NCBI GenBank assembly: GCA_018819285.1
Contig: JAHJQM010000042.1
Span: 45,778-109,777, forward strand
Origin: Candidatus Omnitrophota bacterium
GTDB taxonomy: Bacteria > Omnitrophota > Gorgyraeia > Gorgyraeales > Gorgyraeaceae
DNA length: 64,000 nt
Reading direction: 5' to 3'
The notes under the pieces were generated by a model. That model ran no database searches. It was not told where the DNA came from and saw only the letters and a list, made by a program, of their open reading frames with translations. The translations under genes and the position numbers were made by a program. Shown piece after piece: positions 1-9,129 of this stretch. Positions within the stretch are counted from its first letter, which is position 1; every line of letters begins with the position of its first letter.

Positions 1-1064
1 TGTTTAATGCGAACTTTATTTTGATCGTCAACCACAGATACGGTGTACCCTTCGTCTTTTTTGTTAAGGCTGAGGCTGGGAATAACTATCGCATTGTTAA
101 ATTCAGCGACTGTTATCATAGCCCTTGCAAACATCCCAGGTAAAAGCTGAACATCAGGATTAGGAAGCTTTATCTTGGCAGTCAGCGTCCTGGATTTTCC
201 TTCTATAACAGGATATATATAATCTATCCTGCCATTAAATACAACTCCGGAATGAGCGTCTAGTGTCACTGCAACATTTTGCCCGAGCGCAATCTTGTCT
301 ATATCTTTTTCCACTATGCCAAGTTCCACAAATACCTCTTTTACATCATAAAGAGTAGAGATTTTATTGTTAGGCGTCACAAACTCTCCAACCTCTGCCT
401 CTCTGGTCCCCAGAACGCCTTCGCAAGAAGCAACCATATCTGTCTTTTTAAGTTCTGACTCTGCAGATCTTACTTCCACTTCTGCCGATTTAGCCTGCTC
501 GCCAGCGCTTTTTGCTTCCAGTTCCACTTCTTCTAATTTTGCTTTTATAATGCCTCCTATATCGTAAAGATTTTTATATGTCTCATATTTCTTTTTTGCA
601 GCAAGGGCTTGCGTTTTTGCGGATTCCAGCTTGCTTTTTGCATAGTCTATCTTTAATTGCGCGTCTTTCTTGTTAAGAGACGCTATTATCTCGCCTTCAT
701 TTATTACATCGCCTTCCCTGAAATTTATAGAATCTATTGTGCCATTAATCTCAAATCTAAGAGGTATTTCTAATACGCCCTTTACAGTGCCCATAGCGGG
801 TAGATCGTCTTTGAAATCCATAGGCGCAACCTTATAACATCTCACAGGAATTGCTTCTTGCTCTTTCTGTTCCTGAGCCGCACCTTCAGGCCCTGGTTTT
901 TTAGCCCCCTGCTTCTTTCCTATATCTTCAGCCATCTGTTTTATCGAATCAAGGCCTTTTCCTGGCTGGCCCTTCTTCCCGATACTTTTTATCCACATGA
1001 CTCCAAAAACCAGAACCCATAAAGCTATAAAACCTATTATTAATACTTTTAATCTCTTTTTCAT
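1..1064 (-). CDS. RND efflux periplasmic adaptor (membrane fusion protein), runs off the window edge
   Basis: Not in the ORF track. I translated it from ATG 1064 (SD AGAGGAG upstream): MKKRLKVLIIGFIALWVLVFG TM anchor, lipoyl half-motif GTIDSINFREGDVINEGEIIASL, coiled coil, then SRTLTAKIKLPNPDVQLLPGMFAR. Lies directly downstream of a TolC gene. Confidence 0.9.
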   Translation of the reverse strand, partial: MKKRLKVLIIGFIALWVLVFGVMWIKSIGKKGQPGKGLDSIKQMAEDIGKKQGAKKPGPEGAAQEQKEQEAIPVRCYKVAPMDFKDDLPAMGTVKGVLEIPLRFEINGTIDSINFREGDVINEGEIIASLNKKDAQLKIDYAKSKLESAKTQALAAKKKYETYKNLYDIGGIIKAKLEEVELEAKSAGEQAKSAEVEVRSAESELKKTDMVASCEGVLGTREAEVGEFVTPNNKISTLYDVKEVFVELGIVEKDIDKIALGQNVAVTLDAHSGVVFNGRIDYIYPVIEGKSRTLTAKIKLPNPDVQLLPGMFARAMITVAEFNNAIVIPSLSLNKKDEGYTVSVVDDQNKVRIK

Positions 1065-1076
1065 AATCTCCTCTTT

Positions 1077-2885
1077 TTATTTTGTATTAGCCAATTTAAA
1101 ATTTTCATCATCCAGAAATAGCGAGTATCCTGTGGCTTTATTCAGTTTTGCCAGAGACTGATACAAGCTTCCAAGCGCTTCTACGTAATAAGCCTTTTCA
1201 TCTGTAAGGCTCATATAGGACTGGATTAATTCCGAAAGCGATACCTCATTTAATTCTGCGCGGGCTTTGGTAACCTTGAATTCCTCTTCTCTATATTTAA
1301 TCTTATTAAGATTTGTCATTATCTGGATTAAACCTTTTTTATAATTTAAATATGACTCCTTGACTTCTCTAATAATACTGTCTTTTACCTGCTCCAGCTC
1401 ATCCTTTGCTTTTTTATACCCTATCTCCGCAGATTTCTCTTCAGAGAAATGCTGAAGCCCGTCCAATAGCCCGTATTCTACAGATTTACTGATAGATTCT
1501 GTCCTTGTTGTTTGGCCATGTTTCTGGCTTGTCTTATCCTTTGTAAAGGTACTAGAAAGAGTATTCCCGCCTAAAGGTTTTGTTACCTTAAACCCCAAAT
1601 ACCAATCATTATCCATATTTAAAGTTTCTGTTTGATATGCGCCTCCGGACTTGCCGTATGTGCCGGTCAGGTCCACCCTAAGTTGATTCTTGCTTTCTGT
1701 AATCTTGCGCTCATAATCATTAAATTCCAGCATATATCCTTTTGCCTTAAGGTCTGGCCTGGATCTAAAGGCTAAACCCGTACATTCCTCCAGAGTCACA
1801 TCTACCACAATTGGCTCCAGGTCTTTTCCCGGCTCTTTATCTATTATCTCTATTGTCTTTTGTTCTCCCTTGGCATTAACTGCCTGCGCCAAAGTAAGTT
1901 TTGCCATAGCCAGTGTGTTCTCGCTTGATATAATCTGGTAATTTATCTGCTGCATTTGAGATTCTAACTGTAAAAATTCTGTCCTGGTAATTAAGCCAAG
2001 CTCAAGCCTTTTCTTAGCTCCAGTGAATATATCGCTTGTCTCTTCTAAAAGTGCTTTATGTAATTTTACATCCATTTTGCTGACCATATATGCATAAAAT
2101 GCTGATTCTACTTCAGCTCTTAAATCCTGCAATATCTTGTCATAATTTGACGTAGACGCTTTAAGATTGCTCATCGCCTGTTCAACTGCATATTTAAGCC
2201 TCCACCCATAATACAATGGGTACTCAAACTTAAGCTTGTATTCCTTATCTGTAAAATCCTGAGTTGTTCCAGCAGTCTTTCCCGTAGTCTCTAAATAATT
2301 CAAGGTTGCTGCTGGATAAAGGCCGCGCCTGGCTTCCCGTATCTTGAGTTTAGCTAATTCTATTTCTTCCTGGGCTATTTTTGCAGCCATATGATTTTCT
2401 AATGCTATATCCACTGCGTCATTGATGCCTAAATTGGCTGCTTCTCGATTTGCGGTCTCGCCGCTCGCTCGAAGAATATTGTTAGAGCGAGGTTGAGAAC
2501 TATCAATATCAAATATGATAGGCACATCTATCCACAAATCTTTACTCCCTAAAACCTCTGGAAATGGCTGGTATCTTTTATACATCCAAACTGTATTCAA
2601 ACATAAATTATCCAATTCCCTATTGTCAGAAGACTCGGAAATATACACATCCTTAAGTTCTCCCCAAGGCGAAAGAAAAAGCTTTAGTCTTACCTCGCCT
2701 TTTGAGCTATATAAAATAGATGGATCTGGTTTTGGAATAGACCTATAAATATCTTTAGATATATCTATTATATATTGTGTTATCTCTTCTTGTGATTGGC
2801 TATATACAGATGATACGGTAGGATTTATTGCTGTAACTACAATGAATACAAAGAAATATAATAATATGATACGCTTTATACGCAT
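1077..2885 (-). CDS. TolC-family outer membrane factor with N-terminal TonB C-terminal-like domain
   Basis: Signal peptide, then KGEVRLKLFLSPWGELKDVYISESSDNRELD...PFPEVLGSKDLWIDVPIIF (TonB_C pattern), then OEP repeats (AVDIALEN, EVESAFY, RPDLK, LNKATG). Start 2885 preferred over 2915 because of SD AGGAG and the promoter position. Confidence 0.85.
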   Translation of the reverse strand: MRIKRIILLYFFVFIVVTAINPTVSSVYSQSQEEITQYIIDISKDIYRSIPKPDPSILYSSKGEVRLKLFLSPWGELKDVYISESSDNRELDNLCLNTVWMYKRYQPFPEVLGSKDLWIDVPIIFDIDSSQPRSNNILRASGETANREAANLGINDAVDIALENHMAAKIAQEEIELAKLKIREARRGLYPAATLNYLETTGKTAGTTQDFTDKEYKLKFEYPLYYGWRLKYAVEQAMSNLKASTSNYDKILQDLRAEVESAFYAYMVSKMDVKLHKALLEETSDIFTGAKKRLELGLITRTEFLQLESQMQQINYQIISSENTLAMAKLTLAQAVNAKGEQKTIEIIDKEPGKDLEPIVVDVTLEECTGLAFRSRPDLKAKGYMLEFNDYERKITESKNQLRVDLTGTYGKSGGAYQTETLNMDNDWYLGFKVTKPLGGNTLSSTFTKDKTSQKHGQTTRTESISKSVEYGLLDGLQHFSEEKSAEIGYKKAKDELEQVKDSIIREVKESYLNYKKGLIQIMTNLNKIKYREEEFKVTKARAELNEVSLSELIQSYMSLTDEKAYYVEALGSLYQSLAKLNKATGYSLFLDDENFKLANTK

Positions 2886-2905
2886 CTCTTCTCCTATTTT
2901 TGAGA

Positions 2906-2934
2906 AGTATATCATATTATTATTATTTTGTCAA
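2906..2934 (-). promoter_or_regulatory. sigma70-type promoter for the tolC-adaptor operon
   Basis: Minus strand TTGACA-17 nt-TATACT. Confidence 0.7.
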
Positions 2935-3048
2935 ATGATACAGTTATGATATGGTTATTATTTGCTAGACCTGCACAAAAATATCTCTTATCACCCTGCT
3001 TCGTTCCTAGGATATATCTTCAAGAATGCGGTGATGAACTTCGCAGGA

Positions 3049-4290
3049 TTACGCTTGCACGAATATATCTCGTATCACAACACTTGCTGCACCTAATGCT
3101 ACAGAATCTTCTCCAAGCTTTGCGGGTATTATTTTAACAACATTTGCAGGCTCTTCAAATGCCCATTTTCTAACAGTCCTTCTTAATGGCTCTAAAAGTA
3201 AGCTGCCAGCCTTTTCGATTCCTCCTCCAATAACCACTATTTCAGGGTTAAATAAATTTACAAGATACGCAATCCTTATTCCAAGATTCACAGCTCCGTC
3301 TTCCAGGAGTTCTATTGCAAGAGCATCTCCTGCCTTTGCAGCTTCTATGATATGATCTATTGTAATATTATCCAGTTTATTATCGCAGAATTCAAGTATC
3401 TTTGTCTTAACATCGTCTTCTTTTATAAGTTTTTTGACCTGACTTACTAAACCTAGATCAAGTCCTGCAGGAAGGAGCAAAGAAACATTCTTTGAAACCT
3501 GCAAATATTCTTCGTTGCGTGGACAATTGATCCTTACCTCTCCTGCGCTGCCTGATGCCCCACAATACATAGCACCTTTTATAATAATGCCGCTCCCTAC
3601 ATCGGAATACATGTAAATCACATCCTGTATATCCATAGGAAGAGCGTGCATCTTTTCTCCGAACGCAGCAAAAGTTGCGTCGTTACCTATAAAAGAAGGA
3701 AGCCCAAATCTTTGCTCAATCATCCCTTTTATGGATACATAACTAGCCCTTATCCCATTCTTTGCAGAGTCCCTCACTGTACCGAGATGTTCGTCTATAA
3801 CTCCGCTTACCCCTATACCAACACCTCGTATTTTATTTTTGTCCACGCCTTTTTTCTTTAACAACTCATCTATTAGTTCAAGCGAGGCTTCTATAATCTT
3901 ATCCATACTATCTTTTATTCTGGCCTTTTTCACCTTGGTTATAACCCTTCCTGCAAGATCAGTCACAAGGCCTATCATAGTTGTGCCAAAAACGTCCAAG
4001 TGGCCTAAATCAATCCCTATTGCATACATGCTATCATCATTTAATTTAACAACCGTTGGTTTTCTGCCTCCCGTAGAAACCTCCATGCCCCCTTCTGAAA
4101 CCAGTCCCTTATCAATATAACTATTTATATAGTTAGAAACAGTCACTATGTTCAGGTCTGTAACTTTTGAGATATCAGCTCTTGTAATAGGGCCATTTCT
4201 GCGTATGAGTTCAAGTATTGCAAAATTCTTTCTCTCGTGGTCTGAGAACGTATAATTATCGTACATCCTGCCTTTCCTGATAGCCATCAT
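3049..4290 (-). CDS. ROK-family transcriptional repressor (NagC/XylR-like)
   Basis: N-terminal HTH (ILELIRRNGPITRADISKVTDLNIVTVS), STGGRKP, GIDLG, GNDATFAAFGE, GSAGEV, NLFNPEIVVIGGG. Confidence 0.92.
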   Translation of the reverse strand: MMAIRKGRMYDNYTFSDHERKNFAILELIRRNGPITRADISKVTDLNIVTVSNYINSYIDKGLVSEGGMEVSTGGRKPTVVKLNDDSMYAIGIDLGHLDVFGTTMIGLVTDLAGRVITKVKKARIKDSMDKIIEASLELIDELLKKKGVDKNKIRGVGIGVSGVIDEHLGTVRDSAKNGIRASYVSIKGMIEQRFGLPSFIGNDATFAAFGEKMHALPMDIQDVIYMYSDVGSGIIIKGAMYCGASGSAGEVRINCPRNEEYLQVSKNVSLLLPAGLDLGLVSQVKKLIKEDDVKTKILEFCDNKLDNITIDHIIEAAKAGDALAIELLEDGAVNLGIRIAYLVNLFNPEIVVIGGGIEKAGSLLLEPLRRTVRKWAFEEPANVVKIIPAKLGEDSVALGAASVVIRDIFVQA

Positions 4291-4340
4291 ATATACCCCC
4301 TTGTCCAGATTACTATTTTTAGTTAATACTATTATTTTAT

Positions 4341-4370
4341 ATTATACTTCTTTTTATCTTTAAACGTCAA
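4341..4370 (-). promoter_or_regulatory. sigma70-type promoter of the ROK gene
   Basis: Minus strand TTGACG-18 nt-TATAAT. Confidence 0.55.
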
Positions 4371-4507
4371 TACTTTATTTTCTGCTTACAGAATACTTCT
4401 TAAATTTAATTTATTAACTCTTTTGCAAATTTTTAAATTATAAGAAAAGCTGAATTGTATCTAATCTTGCCCTAAATTGATTAATTTTTATAGCGGCCTG
4501 GTTCCAC

Positions 4508-4547
4508 AAAAAAACTTCCGAAGTCGCTGTTCTGCAACTTCGGAAGT
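4508..4547 (-). terminator. intrinsic terminator after the small membrane protein gene
   Basis: 11-bp stem ACTTCCGAAGT/ACTTCGGAAGT followed on the minus strand by a T run. Confidence 0.7.
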
Positions 4548-4572
4548 CGGTTAAATCCAGATATATGAAAAA

Positions 4573-4821
4573 CTATACGCCTTTTTCAACTTTTGAACGT
4601 ATTTCTAAAAGTAGCGTTATTATTTCTGCTGTAACGAGAAATATGAAGAAATACACTATTCCTAATAAAAGTCCTATAAAACCTGTTGCTTTAGGAGCCT
4701 CTGGTGTACCGCCTCCTATGAATATGACAATAGCAGCTACTATCCCTATGGCCAGAGAAGCCCATGATAAAACTTTAAATATTACAGAACCGATTTCCAG
4801 AACTTTGTATTTTTTATCCAT
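4573..4821 (-). CDS. small two-TM membrane protein of unknown function
   Basis: 82 aa, two hydrophobic helices, SD AGGAGG, followed by a terminator. Confidence 0.75.
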   Translation of the reverse strand: MDKKYKVLEIGSVIFKVLSWASLAIGIVAAIVIFIGGGTPEAPKATGFIGLLLGIVYFFIFLVTAEIITLLLEIRSKVEKGV

Positions 4822-4963
4822 TACATCCTCCTTTCTTTAGCTTGTTTATTTTTAAATAATTATACTATATACAATACAATTATTTGCCTTATCCTACCCC
4901 TACCCCTAGCAGCATATAAATGAGTTTATTGGCTGTTCGGGACAGTTTTTGCTTTGCAAAAAC

Positions 4964-5041
4964 TGGTAGCCCTAAGGGGATTTGAACCCCTGTCTTCAGA
5001 TCGAGAATCTGACGTCCTGGACCAGGCTAGACGATAAGGCC
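4964..5041 (-). tRNA. tRNA-Glu (anticodon CTC)
   Basis: Reverse complement GGCCTTA...TCAGA TTCTCGA TCTGA...AGGGG TTCAAAT CCCCT TAGGGCT ACCA folds as a cloverleaf with encoded CCA. Confidence 0.95.
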
Positions 5042-5289
5042 TCCAACCTTTTAATCCAACCCATGATTTTAGTAAAAAGCTTCTTGTCTGCTACTTTAAC
5101 CTAAAGAGTGCCACGAAGTATTTTTAACTTGCTGCTTTTACTAAACAAAGTACTCTTATTATATAAAACTTGTTTCTTAAGTTTTATCCTATTGCTTTTA
5201 ATTCTAACTATAACCTTCTTTTATATTATAATGAAAGAAATCCAAAAGTCAAATAATTTCAAAGGTTGCGCTATGACGGATTTTTAACA

Positions 5290-5318
5290 TTGACACATAT
5301 ATTATTATTGTGTATTAT
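5290..5318 (+). promoter_or_regulatory. sigma70-type promoter of the FIST operon (near-leaderless)
   Basis: TTGACA-17 nt-TATTAT; the ATG at 5332 is only 13 nt after the -10 box and there is no clear SD. Confidence 0.6.
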
Positions 5319-5331
5319 CTGAAATAGCTAT

Positions 5332-6519
5332 ATGGCTACTATTATCGGGACCGGTATAAGCACTAAATTAGATTCCTTTTCTGCAGGCAAAGAAGCTGCC
5401 TTAAGCGCCTATTATCAAATCGAAAAAAAAGACCCCAATATAATAATTACATTTATATCTACAATATTCGATCAAGAGACCGTAATAAAAGGTATACGTT
5501 CTATAATAAGAGACACTCCATTAATAGGATGCTCCAGCATGGGGTCTATTTCTACCTATGGTTCTCATAGAGACTCTGTAGCTGTATTTATAATCAGCTC
5601 TAATTCTATTGAATTTTCTTACGGGATAGGCCGCGAGATTAATAAGTCTTCGCGTTTAGCAGGGCACAAAGCTAGTAAACAGGCTTCTGACTCAACGCAC
5701 AGCCCAAAACAACTTTATATGATGTTTTCTGACAGTCTGTCAGGAAACAGCGCTGATATCCTAAGAGGCACGCAGGAAGTGCTGGGAACAAGTTTTCCTA
5801 TAATAGGCGGCGGCGCATGCAATAAATCATGCATTGAAAAAACATATCAATATATAAATGGCGAGATACATACAGATTCTGTAGTGGGAATTCTATTATC
5901 AGGATACATAAAATTAGGCATGGGGCAATCCAGTGGATGGCAGCCTATAGGAAAACCGCATAAAGTCACAAAAGCAAAATCTAATACCATAAAAGAGATA
6001 GATAAAAAAATCGCTGCTGAAATATATGAGGATTATTTTGAGAGATCTTTTGAGAAACTTAGAAATGAAGATATTTGTAAACTAGGCATTAATTATCCTA
6101 TTGGAATACGTTGGATCAATAAAAATAAAGAGTATCTTACGAGAGTACCTTTAACAATAGAGGAGAACGGAAGCCTTATTTTAAACGGCGATATACAAGA
6201 AAATGAGGATATAAGCTTGATGATAGGCGATAAAGATATTGTCCTGGAATCTGCAAAAAAGGCTGCGTTAATGGCTATGAGTAATAGCAAAAATGCAAAA
6301 ATAGAATTCGCTATTATGTTCAGCGACATAAGCAGGCTATTATTATTAAGAAAAGATGCCTATAAAGAAATAGACGTTGTGAAAAAAATTATAGATAAAA
6401 ATATACCTATCTTGGGATGCTACACGCTAGGAGAATACGCCCCTTTTAACGCAGAAGAATCTAAAGGCCAGTGTCATTTTAATAACCAGAGTATCTCTAT
6501 AGCATTATTTTCAGAATAA
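5332..6519 (+). CDS. FIST N/C domain sensory protein
   Basis: PLIGCSSMGSI, FPIIGGGA, GWQPIGKPHKVTKA, YPIG, GCYTLGE, HFNNQS. Confidence 0.9.
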   Translation: MATIIGTGISTKLDSFSAGKEAALSAYYQIEKKDPNIIITFISTIFDQETVIKGIRSIIRDTPLIGCSSMGSISTYGSHRDSVAVFIISSNSIEFSYGIGREINKSSRLAGHKASKQASDSTHSPKQLYMMFSDSLSGNSADILRGTQEVLGTSFPIIGGGACNKSCIEKTYQYINGEIHTDSVVGILLSGYIKLGMGQSSGWQPIGKPHKVTKAKSNTIKEIDKKIAAEIYEDYFERSFEKLRNEDICKLGINYPIGIRWINKNKEYLTRVPLTIEENGSLILNGDIQENEDISLMIGDKDIVLESAKKAALMAMSNSKNAKIEFAIMFSDISRLLLLRKDAYKEIDVVKKIIDKNIPILGCYTLGEYAPFNAEESKGQCHFNNQSISIALFSE

Positions 6520-6521
6520 AT

Positions 6522-7991
6522 ATGGACCTATATATAATAATCTCTGTTTTAATTATTGGCGTTCTTTTTATATTATATTATTTTGAAATAAATAGGCGCA
6601 GAGGGTCTGAAAAACTAAATAAAAGACTACAGGATATAATAGATCAGCTGGATAGCCAGGCAAGAATAATCATAAAAACTGACTTGGCGCTTAACAAGGC
6701 GCAAGAAGACCTGGACAGGAAAATAACAGGCCTATACACGCTTCACGAACTTGGCAAAGAGATAAGTTCCACTTTTAATATAGAAAATATTTTTAGCCTG
6801 ATAAACCAGCCTTTTGTGCTTAAATTAGGTTTTTCAAAATTATTGATTATGTTAAAAGATGATCTCTCAGGAATGCTCGTGACAAAAAATTCCATAGGTT
6901 ATTCTGATGCTGAAATAAAAACAATAGAACTGGATCTCAATAAAAGAAGGTTTGCTAATTTGCTATTTAAAAAAGAAAAACCCCTGCTAATCAATAGAGA
7001 CACTGAAAGCACGAGCCAGGAATACGCTCTTCTGGATATCTTAAACACAGAATCTTTTATAACAGCTCCTATTGCAGTAAAAGACGAATCTGTTGGTTTT
7101 ATACTTATGGGAAACACTTCTCTGCATGGCAAAGTCGCTGAAGGCGATTCTGAACTTTTGTCCATATTCGCCAACCAGATAGGGACAGCTATTGAAAGTA
7201 CAAAACTCTACACAGAACTTTTCGGTTCGCATAAGGAATTAGAAAGAAGAGTTACGGAACGCACCCATGAACTCGAAAAATTGAATGAAGAACTTAAAAA
7301 GCTCAATAAAATGAAATCTGATTTCATATCTAGCGTATCTCATGAACTGCGTACGCCTCTGACATCCATAAAAGGCTATGCTTCTATCCTGATGACAGGT
7401 AAATTGGGAGATGTTTTGCCGGCTCAGAAAGAACGGCTGGAAAAAATAGATAAACACTCCAATAGCCTGGTCCATTTGATAAATAATCTCCTGGATATAG
7501 CCAGGATAGAATCCGGAAAGGTCCAGATGGAGATGAAAGATATCTCTATAAAAGAAATGCTGGATTCAATTGTAGATATAATCACCCCCCAGGTTAAAGA
7601 AAAAAATATCTCCTTAAAAATAAATTCTAAAATAAAATTCGACAGGATAAAAGTTGACCCGAGCCAGATGGAAAGGGTGTTTTTGAATCTTTTGAGTAAC
7701 GCTGTAAAATTCACCCCTGAGAAAGGTATGGTAATCATTGAAATAGAAGAAAAAAATGATGCTATCCAATTCAGCATAGAGGACACAGGCATAGGTATTC
7801 CTTCTCAGGATATACCAAAAGTATTTCAGGAATTTTTCAGGGCAGACAATGCCCTGGACCAGAAGATAAAAGGATCCGGGCTTGGTCTATCTCTTATTAA
7901 AAAAATAATAGAGGCTCATAAGGGCAAAATCTGGTTTGATAGCGAATTAGGCAAAGGTTCCAAATTCACGTTCACGCTGCCAAAATATTAA
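6522..7991 (+). CDS. membrane-anchored GAF-domain sensor histidine kinase
   Basis: N-terminal TM, GAF domain, H-box SVSHELRTPLTSIKG, N-box NLLSNAVKFT, G boxes DTGIGI and GSGLGL. Confidence 0.93.
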   Translation: MDLYIIISVLIIGVLFILYYFEINRRRGSEKLNKRLQDIIDQLDSQARIIIKTDLALNKAQEDLDRKITGLYTLHELGKEISSTFNIENIFSLINQPFVLKLGFSKLLIMLKDDLSGMLVTKNSIGYSDAEIKTIELDLNKRRFANLLFKKEKPLLINRDTESTSQEYALLDILNTESFITAPIAVKDESVGFILMGNTSLHGKVAEGDSELLSIFANQIGTAIESTKLYTELFGSHKELERRVTERTHELEKLNEELKKLNKMKSDFISSVSHELRTPLTSIKGYASILMTGKLGDVLPAQKERLEKIDKHSNSLVHLINNLLDIARIESGKVQMEMKDISIKEMLDSIVDIITPQVKEKNISLKINSKIKFDRIKVDPSQMERVFLNLLSNAVKFTPEKGMVIIEIEEKNDAIQFSIEDTGIGIPSQDIPKVFQEFFRADNALDQKIKGSGLGLSLIKKIIEAHKGKIWFDSELGKGSKFTFTLPKY

Positions 7992-8010
7992 TCAAAGGAG
8001 CTAATGTAAT

Positions 8011-8949
8011 ATGCTAAAAGAAAAAATACTTATAGTTGACGACGACTCTGATATATTGGATGTCATAAGAATAACCCTTGAAGCAGAAGGCTACGAAATA
8101 ACAGAAGCGCATGACGGCAAAGAAGCTATTGAGATAATAAAAAAATCCACCCCTGACCTTCTTATAACAGACTTTAAAATGCCTAAGATGTGCGGAGATG
8201 AGGTATGCAAAATATTAAAACAGGACATACTGATACAGCACATGCCCATTATAATGCTTACAGGTAAAGGCGAGGTAACTGATAAGATACATGGCATCAA
8301 CGCAGGCGCTGACGATTATATGGTGAAGCCTTTTGAGCCCCAGGAATTGGTAGCCAGGGTAAAAATGGTGCTTCGCAGAACAGCTAGAGATTTAGATGCG
8401 AACCCGCTTACAAGGCTTCCTGGCAATGTTTCTATAATAAATGAGCTGCACATCCGAATAAATAAAAACGAACTTTTTGCAGTGTGCTATGTTGACCTTG
8501 ATAAATTTAAGGCATTTAATGATAAATACGGATTTGAAAAAGGCGATGAGGTAATAAAAAATACCGCCAGGATACTAATAGACTCTGTGCAGAAAAAAGG
8601 CACGCCTCAGGATTTCATAGGCCATATAGGAGGCGATGATTTTGTAGTAGTAACAGCTCCTGATAAAGTAGATGATTTGTGCAAAAAAATCATAGCTGAC
8701 TTCAGCTCAATAGTTCCTGGGCTATACAATAAAGAAGACCTGGAAAAAGGCTATATAATGGGGAAAGATCGGAAGAAAAAAATCAGAAAGATCCCTCTTC
8801 TTTCAATATCAATAGGGGTCGTAACTAACGAGAATAATAAAATCAATCATGTGGGAGAAATTGGTGAATTAGGCGCTGAACTAAAAGAATACGCCAAAAG
8901 CCTTCCTGGAAGTAACTACGTAAAAGAACGCAGGGAAATAACTAAGTAA
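8011..8949 (+). CDS. response regulator with GGDEF (diguanylate cyclase) output
   Basis: REC domain (ILIVDDD, DFKMP, KPF); NPLTRLPG, DLDKFKAFNDKYG, HIGGDDF. Confidence 0.9.
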   Translation: MLKEKILIVDDDSDILDVIRITLEAEGYEITEAHDGKEAIEIIKKSTPDLLITDFKMPKMCGDEVCKILKQDILIQHMPIIMLTGKGEVTDKIHGINAGADDYMVKPFEPQELVARVKMVLRRTARDLDANPLTRLPGNVSIINELHIRINKNELFAVCYVDLDKFKAFNDKYGFEKGDEVIKNTARILIDSVQKKGTPQDFIGHIGGDDFVVVTAPDKVDDLCKKIIADFSSIVPGLYNKEDLEKGYIMGKDRKKKIRKIPLLSISIGVVTNENNKINHVGEIGELGAELKEYAKSLPGSNYVKERREITK

Positions 8950-8976
8950 CCATTATCCTGAACAAGCGTCGAAGGA

Positions 8977-9063
8977 TGGTGCGCGGGACAGGATTTGAAC
9001 CTGCAAAGGATTGCTCCCAACAGCCCCTCAAACTGTCGTGTCTGCCAATTTCACCACCCGCGC
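8977..9063 (-). tRNA. tRNA-Leu (anticodon GAG)
   Basis: Reverse complement GCGCGGG...ACAGT TTGAGGG GCTGT, long variable arm, GCAGG TTCAAAT CCTGT CCCGCGC ACCA. Confidence 0.95.
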
Positions 9064-9129
9064 GCTAAAATCTAGAGCTATTATATAAAACATACCATTA
9101 AATATCAAGCATAATTGCCCTATTTATTT

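Noticed and set aside
4964-5041. Two G-U pairs in the tRNA-Glu acceptor stem, including 1-72
   Set aside because: The rest of the cloverleaf and CCA are intact; within normal variation.
5068-5145. TTTAGTAAAA/TTTTACTAAA inverted repeat upstream of tRNA-Glu
   Set aside because: AT-rich 10-bp arms with a long unstructured loop; compatible with chance.
8957-8976. CCTGAACAAGCGTCGAAGG resembling a REP-like half repeat beside the tRNA-Leu 3' end
   Set aside because: Single half copy with no partner arm in the window.
4964-9063. tRNA-anchored genomic island around the FIST operon
   Set aside because: No integrase and no duplicated tRNA 3' end found.
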